Part shown: positions 59,739 to 64,000 of the stretch, in pieces
Numbering within the stretch: the first letter of the stretch is position 1
Layout: each line of letters starts with the position of its first letter
Origin: Candidatus Latescibacterota bacterium
GTDB lineage: Bacteria; Latescibacterota; UBA2968; GCA-2709665
Assembly (NCBI GenBank): GCA_965219455.1
Contig: OZ244744.1
Location: 4,672,001-4,736,000 of the forward strand
Direction: 5' to 3'
DNA length: 64,000 nucleotides
Notes under the pieces: model-generated
The model's database searches: none
What the model saw: the letters and a program-made list of their open reading frames with translations, nothing else
What the model was told of the DNA's origin: nothing
Position numbers and translations under genes: made by a program

Positions 59739-59960
59739 TTACTCTAAGGCATCGAGTCTTGTTTTGTTTTCAGTGATACGTTCCCCGAAGGAATCCAGGC
59801 GTTTGTCGATACGCTGGATGTCTTGCCTTAGTTCTCGAATGTCGGCTTTGAGGTCATTTCTTATGCTATCCATCATAAGCCAGACCAGCATGACCGTAGT
59901 CAGTATGGTTGTTGCGACGGCAGCGATTGTCGAGGTCGCAATAAATTTTCTGTCGTTCAT
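59739..59960 (-). CDS. Small TM plus coiled-coil protein (73 aa)
   Basis: MNDRKFIATSTIAAVATTILTTVMLVWLMM..DLKADIRELRQDIQRIDKRLD; same RBS/start block as 8675. Confidence 0.7.
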   Translation of the reverse strand: MNDRKFIATSTIAAVATTILTTVMLVWLMMDSIRNDLKADIRELRQDIQRIDKRLDSFGERITENKTRLDALE

Positions 59961-60004
59961 TGCGTACTCCCGTAGAGAGATTTCTTGTGACCAGTTACAG
60001 TAAA

Positions 60005-60032
60005 AATCTAACATAGCGGGGGCTTATGTCAA
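60005..60032 (-). promoter_or_regulatory. Putative sigma70 promoter of cassette B cargo
   Basis: TTGACA-N16-TAGATT with a TG extended -10. Confidence 0.5.
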
Positions 60033-60161
60033 GGCAAAACATAAGCCTTGTCAAGCTGAATTGTTACAAAGGAGATGGATATGAGGCTTGTCTCCCCGGA
60101 GAAAAAGCGGTAGGAATTTGGGTGATGAAAATCGTTTGCAATTTGAGGATCGGGAGATGCG

Positions 60162-60518
60162 ATGAGGAGGTTTGGACTGATAGCGGTTCTGGCATGTGTA
60201 TATGCATGTGCTACCGGCGGCGGAGCAAGTCGGGCACCGGTTACGTTTGAAATTGGAAGTGTTGAAGCGTGGCGAAGTTTAAAACCTGGGATGTCGAAGG
60301 AAGATGTGAAAAGGGTTCTGGGCGATCCGCTGGCGGTAGCGGTTTCTGAAGCGTCTAATGTTGAGGGAGGCGTTGTCGAAAATAAATTTTGGGAACAATC
60401 GGAATATCCGCCAAGAGGGTTTGTTGTATTTTTGCGGGATACCAGTTTTTTAGGTAGCGCGCCGAAGGTTATGAGGTGGCGAGAGCCAGGCGAATGGGAG
60501 AAGGATGAAAGTAGATAA
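60162..60518 (+). CDS. Putative lipoprotein with a SmpA/BamE-like motif
   Basis: Signal peptide with lipobox-like VYAC; LKPGMSKEDVKRVLGDP. Confidence 0.65.
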   Translation: MRRFGLIAVLACVYACATGGGASRAPVTFEIGSVEAWRSLKPGMSKEDVKRVLGDPLAVAVSEASNVEGGVVENKFWEQSEYPPRGFVVFLRDTSFLGSAPKVMRWREPGEWEKDESR

Positions 60519-60567
60519 TTTGAGGTTTTAGAATGTGACTTTTGGTTATAATTCCCCAAAATTACCC

Positions 60568-60607
60568 TTGCCATCTGACAGATGGTTGTATATACTTAGT
60601 ATATACA
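60568..60607 (+). promoter_or_regulatory. mazEF promoter with a palindromic operator
   Basis: TTGCCA-N17-TATACT; perfect inverted repeat TGTATATACT-T-AGTATATACA over the -10 element. Confidence 0.75.
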
Positions 60608-60639
60608 TCATGGACTCGCTGATTTCAAGGAGGTAGCTG

Positions 60640-60888
60640 ATGGTGACCAGAGTACAAAAATGGGGCAACAGCCAGGGACTTCGTTTTTCCAAAGCAATCA
60701 TGTCGGAATCTCAAATCAATGTGGGAGATCAAGTTAACGTCTCCGTGAAAGACGGACAGATCATTGTCGAACCCTTGACTAAAGTGCGGGGGAAATACGA
60801 CTTGTCTGAACTGGTTGCAAGAATGCCGTCGAACTATCAGGTCGAAGCATTGGATTGGGGCGAGCCCGCAGGGAAAGAAGGCTGGTAG
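60640..60888 (+). CDS. mazE: AbrB/MazE antitoxin
   Basis: VQKWGNSQGLRF, DWGEPAGKE.W. Confidence 0.93.
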   Translation: MVTRVQKWGNSQGLRFSKAIMSESQINVGDQVNVSVKDGQIIVEPLTKVRGKYDLSELVARMPSNYQVEALDWGEPAGKEGW

Positions 60889-61233
60889 ATGCCAGAATAC
60901 GTTCCCGGACAAGGCGATTTCATTGTTTTGAGTTTCAGTCCGCAGTCCGGACATGAGCAGAAGGGCCGTCGTCCCGCTCTGGTTATCAGTCGTACGCCGT
61001 TTAACAGACATACAGGGCTTGCCGTGGTGTGCCCGATCATCAGCACCTTCAGGGATATTCCCTTTCATGTTGCCATTCCTGAAGGAAAGCCAATCAGCGG
61101 GTATATTATGGTAGAACAGATCAAATCAGTTGATTTCAACAGCCGGATGGCGAAGCTTGTCTCAAAAGCGCCTCAGTCTGTGCTCAATGAAGTCTTGAGT
61201 ATTCTCGATGCCTGCATTTACGATCCTCCGTGA
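60889..61233 (+). CDS. mazF: PemK/MazF toxin
   Basis: FSPQSGHEQKGRRPALVIS, VCPI, EQIKSVD. Confidence 0.93.
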   Translation: MPEYVPGQGDFIVLSFSPQSGHEQKGRRPALVISRTPFNRHTGLAVVCPIISTFRDIPFHVAIPEGKPISGYIMVEQIKSVDFNSRMAKLVSKAPQSVLNEVLSILDACIYDPP

Positions 61234-61272
61234 AAGTGCCTGAGTAGACATCTTACCGGAAGACAATCAGAC

Positions 61273-61566
61273 ATGCCAGGCGAAATCGTGGACGCCAGGA
61301 CGTTTATAGGAAAGATGGCCCGGATCGTGATCGACCGCCCTCTGGGATCCAGGCATCCCGAACGAGGGTTCATCTATCCCGTCAACTACGGTTTCCTCCC
61401 GAACGTCCCGGCGCCCGACGGTGAAAATCTCGACGCCTATATCCTCGGTGTGTTCAAACCGATAGAGCGCTTCAGGGGCAGGTGTATCGCCGTTATTCAA
61501 CGGTCTGACGACGATGACGACAAGCTCGTTGTCGCGCCTGAAGGCACCCCTCTGTGCCTATATTAA
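61273..61566 (+). pseudogene. ppa: Inorganic pyrophosphatase-like gene truncated by repeat R
   Basis: IDRPLGSRHP, YPVNYGF, DGENLDAY, DDDDKLVV; the last codons and the stop come from the repeat. Confidence 0.75.
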
Positions 61567-61637
61567 TGAGACAGCGGTCCCCCGTAAATTAGTGAGCAGG
61601 CTAAAGGGTGCAGGAGTGCCGAATGATGTTGGATGCA
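61547..61637 (+). repeat. Dispersed repeat family R
   Basis: CCCCTCTGTGCCTATATTAATGAGACA plus about 60 nt homologous to 42977-43040 and 8859-8905. Confidence 0.8.
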
Positions 61638-61978
61638 TTGAGGCAGGTTTAAATTGGTAGCGATGTGGTTGAGACGATGGCACTATATGATGCATCTCTG
61701 AATAGGTTCGGGATACAAGCTTCAAAGTGTGATGTTCCCGAACGTTCGGGAATTCTTCGATCTGGACCGCATTACCGTACATGTTCGCCAATGCCGTCGT
61801 TATGCAAAACTGGCGCAAAGGCAGAGTCCAACCACCGTGGTAATCGCTCACAAAACCTTCTATCGCTTTATCCTTTGTTATCGTCGTACCAGTCGAAAAA
61901 AGCGGAAGCACGAATCGATAGCTCCTGGTCCTCACTCCAACTGTATAGGTTACTCGACGATAAGGTAGGGTACATCTC

Positions 61979-62662
61979 ATGACACGATCATTGGCAATAC
62001 TGGCAGTTGTGATGGTGAATATTCCTGACTTTGCTTGGGCAGGGGCTGAAGACCATTTCCACGTTCGAGAGCGGACTGGCTACTCTTCTGAGCCTGTGAG
62101 TAGTGCACGGATTGACAAAATCATTACAGAGTCCGCGTTACGTTACCAGAAATATGGAGCTGTGGCTGCGCGAGTTGGGTTTCACGACATTGCGTTTCCA
62201 AAGGATAGTAAGGAGTTTCACCGTTTGAATGGATATGGGCTCTTGGTCGTCACAGCCATCTCGCAAGATAGTTCTGAGATCCCACTCAGACGCGTCTACG
62301 TACAAGGTGAACATGGACAGGAAGTCCTACAGCGGCTTTTTTCAATCTCATCGGCGGTAGAACCTCCAGATGGAGCAGTTGCACAGATTTTCGGTCCATT
62401 CCGGGCTGATGCCATGTATCTCTTTCCGATACATTGCAGGTTTAAGGACAGTAAACTTCTCACTGATTTCGCGCAGAATCGAAGAGGCTTTCACCTAGCA
62501 ACCTTCCCTGAACGTATTCCGTCGGCCTTGAAGGCACTTCCAAAGGAGAAGCCCACGTCTATTCCTCCATTGGAAGAGATTCGACAGTTCGCGCACAGAG
62601 AGTATCCTGATCTCGGTCGTTTGCTGGTAGAAGTGCAAGGGGAAAGCAGTAAAGAGGATTGA
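61979..62662 (+). CDS. Hypothetical exported protein
   Basis: 227 aa with a signal-peptide-like N-terminus (..FAWA). Confidence 0.65.
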   Translation: MTRSLAILAVVMVNIPDFAWAGAEDHFHVRERTGYSSEPVSSARIDKIITESALRYQKYGAVAARVGFHDIAFPKDSKEFHRLNGYGLLVVTAISQDSSEIPLRRVYVQGEHGQEVLQRLFSISSAVEPPDGAVAQIFGPFRADAMYLFPIHCRFKDSKLLTDFAQNRRGFHLATFPERIPSALKALPKEKPTSIPPLEEIRQFAHREYPDLGRLLVEVQGESSKED

Positions 62663-62828
62663 GGTGAGCCGTTTCGCTTGGAGTGCGTGAGGCGTCATTG
62701 TGCCTGAAAATCAAAAGTCGGTTGGCCTATCAAAGAAGTGCGAATTCCGTTTCTGGAAACGCTTCTTGTGGGAGGACAGGGATAGACTGGCCTATCGAAT
62801 CACGCGCGAAGACGTAAGGGGCAGCTAC

Positions 62829-62954
62829 GCCTAACAAGCCGTCTGCGGCTCGGGGTATACACCCCTCGCCCAACTTGCGTCCGGCAAGTTCGTGGGTGCC
62901 AGGAACGTCAAGCGCAAGTTCGGCATCGATATGCCAAACAGCCAGGCGTCGGAT
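62829..62954 (+). other. Degenerate attC-like site
   Basis: Starts GCCTAAC (RYYYAAC); internal palindromic arms AACTTGCG / CGCAAGTT; ends GTCGGAT (GTTRRRY with one mismatch). Confidence 0.45.
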
Positions 62955-62990
62955 GCCAGACTGTAACGTCCGCCGACACGGAGAACCCGT

Positions 62991-63374
62991 ATGATTCGAG
63001 TCTACGGTCTGAGGCAATATCTGGATCCGATAAAGGCGAAACTATCCGATGTGATCAACACATGTATGGTTGACGCCCTCTCATTTCCGACCGATAAACG
63101 AGCACATCGCTTCATCCCAATGGATTCTGAAGACTTCTACTATCCGGAGGGACGTACGGATGCGTACACGGTGATTGAGATCTCTCTAATGGAGGGACGG
63201 TCAGCAGAAGTCAGGAAGAAGCTGATCCACCTTTTGTTCAAGCGCATTGGCGAGAATTTGGGGATTGCACCGATTGACCTGGAGATCACGCTCTTCGAGA
63301 CTCCGGCCGGTAATTGGGGTTTCCGCGGCATGACAGGGGACGAAGCCACGTTGGACTACCGGATAGATATCTGA
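62991..63374 (+). CDS. Tautomerase-family protein
   Basis: KRAHRF, YTVIEISLMEGRSAEVRKKL, DLEITLFETPAGNWGFRG. Confidence 0.88.
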   Translation: MIRVYGLRQYLDPIKAKLSDVINTCMVDALSFPTDKRAHRFIPMDSEDFYYPEGRTDAYTVIEISLMEGRSAEVRKKLIHLLFKRIGENLGIAPIDLEITLFETPAGNWGFRGMTGDEATLDYRIDI

Positions 63375-63464
63375 GCGGGCGATCGGCCGGGCGAGGAAGA
63401 CCATAACCACCGTGCGCCGTAACAGAGCTTGACACGTGATTCACAGGTTCCGTCGCGGAGTTTA

Positions 63465-63789
63465 CCCTGAGTCTTGTTCTGAGCCTGTCGAAGGGTTGTC
63501 GACGGGGCGCCTTGGCCTACTGCGGCCCGCCTTCGGCCGATTGTGAAGGTGGGGCAGACATTCCTGTCTGCCCGTCTCGTGTCTACGCAACGCTTCGTTC
63601 GACTCCCCCTCTCCTCGCAGGAGAAGGGGCCGGGGGGAGAGGTTCTTCTGCCCAAATGCAGACAGAAGAATGGCTTGTGCCGGTTTTATAGAGGCAATAC
63701 TCGTGGTCGAAGCACAAGAGTCAATAACCCATGTCACACGGCATCCGTGGACATAGGGAAGTAGGGGCAGGTTTGAAACCTGCCCCTAC
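63465..63789. repeat. Cluster of four different REP-like palindromes
   Basis: CTGAGCCTGTCGAAGGG; GTGGGGCAGACATTCCTGTCTGCCC (63549); CCCCTCTCC..GGAGAAGGGGCCGGGGGGAGAGG (63605); GTAGGGGCAGGTTTGAAACCTGCCCCTAC (63761). Confidence 0.75.
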
Positions 63790-64000
63790 GGTTGGGCCAT
63801 TGGGACATGTGCCATGGCGGCATCGAGCCAGGATTCGATCTTTTCATCGAAACGTCGGTTGTATTCTTTCCACTCGGCGTCCGTTCACAGTTCGGAGTGG
63901 ACTTGAGCCACAGCTTACACGCGTCCTGGAACGCGCGGCGGTTGCCCCGGGGATCGCGTCAGCGAGGCGAAGGGTGATCCAATAGATCGCGCCGTCCTTT

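Larger units (their letters stand above)
59670..60556. mobile_element. Transposase-less IS1595-like cassette B (887 bp)
   Basis: Perfect 8-bp direct repeat CAAAATTA (59662-59669, 60557-60564); right end AATGTGACTTT..TATAATTCCC shared with cassette A; shared terminator and RBS blocks. Confidence 0.7.

Noticed and set aside
61729-61968. 79-aa ORF downstream of repeat R
   Set aside because: No RBS or motif support; possibly a remnant
1-64000. CRISPR array, tRNA/rRNA, integron integrase, reverse transcriptase
   Set aside because: No regularly spaced repeat-spacer units, cloverleaf or rRNA signatures, or tyrosine-recombinase/RT motifs were seen

Overview
Bacterial accessory or plastic region with mosaic GC content. 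No rRNA, tRNA, CRISPR array or integron integrase is visible. About 50 short, functionally unrelated genes lie co-oriented on the + strand: 6 GNATs, 3 VOC/glyoxalases, 2 NUDIX, hydrolases, DMT transporters, oxidoreductases and an ABC permease. They are interspersed with toxin-antitoxin modules, two IS1380-family elements with clear terminal inverted repeats (TIRs) and target-site duplications (TSDs), several MITE/REP families and many broken genes. The best candidate for an undescribed system is a tightly coupled minus-strand operon (9007-14502). It encodes a hypothetical protein, a degenerate BrxD-like P-loop protein, an intact BrxD-like (DUF2791) ATPase, a SNF2 helicase with an extra N-terminal domain, and possibly a small membrane protein, with no BREX core genes (pglX, pglZ, brxC) in the window. 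Also notable are two transposase-less IS1595-like cassettes (7749-8850, 59670-60556) that share promoter, RBS and terminator scaffolding but carry different cargo, and a PARIS-like ATPase/DUF4435 pair cleanly interrupted by IS1380. A pair of 271-bp MITEs brackets a low-GC TA module, and there is an unclassified one-ended repeat family and a lone attC-like relic. Family assignments come from motif recognition by eye; no database searches were run.
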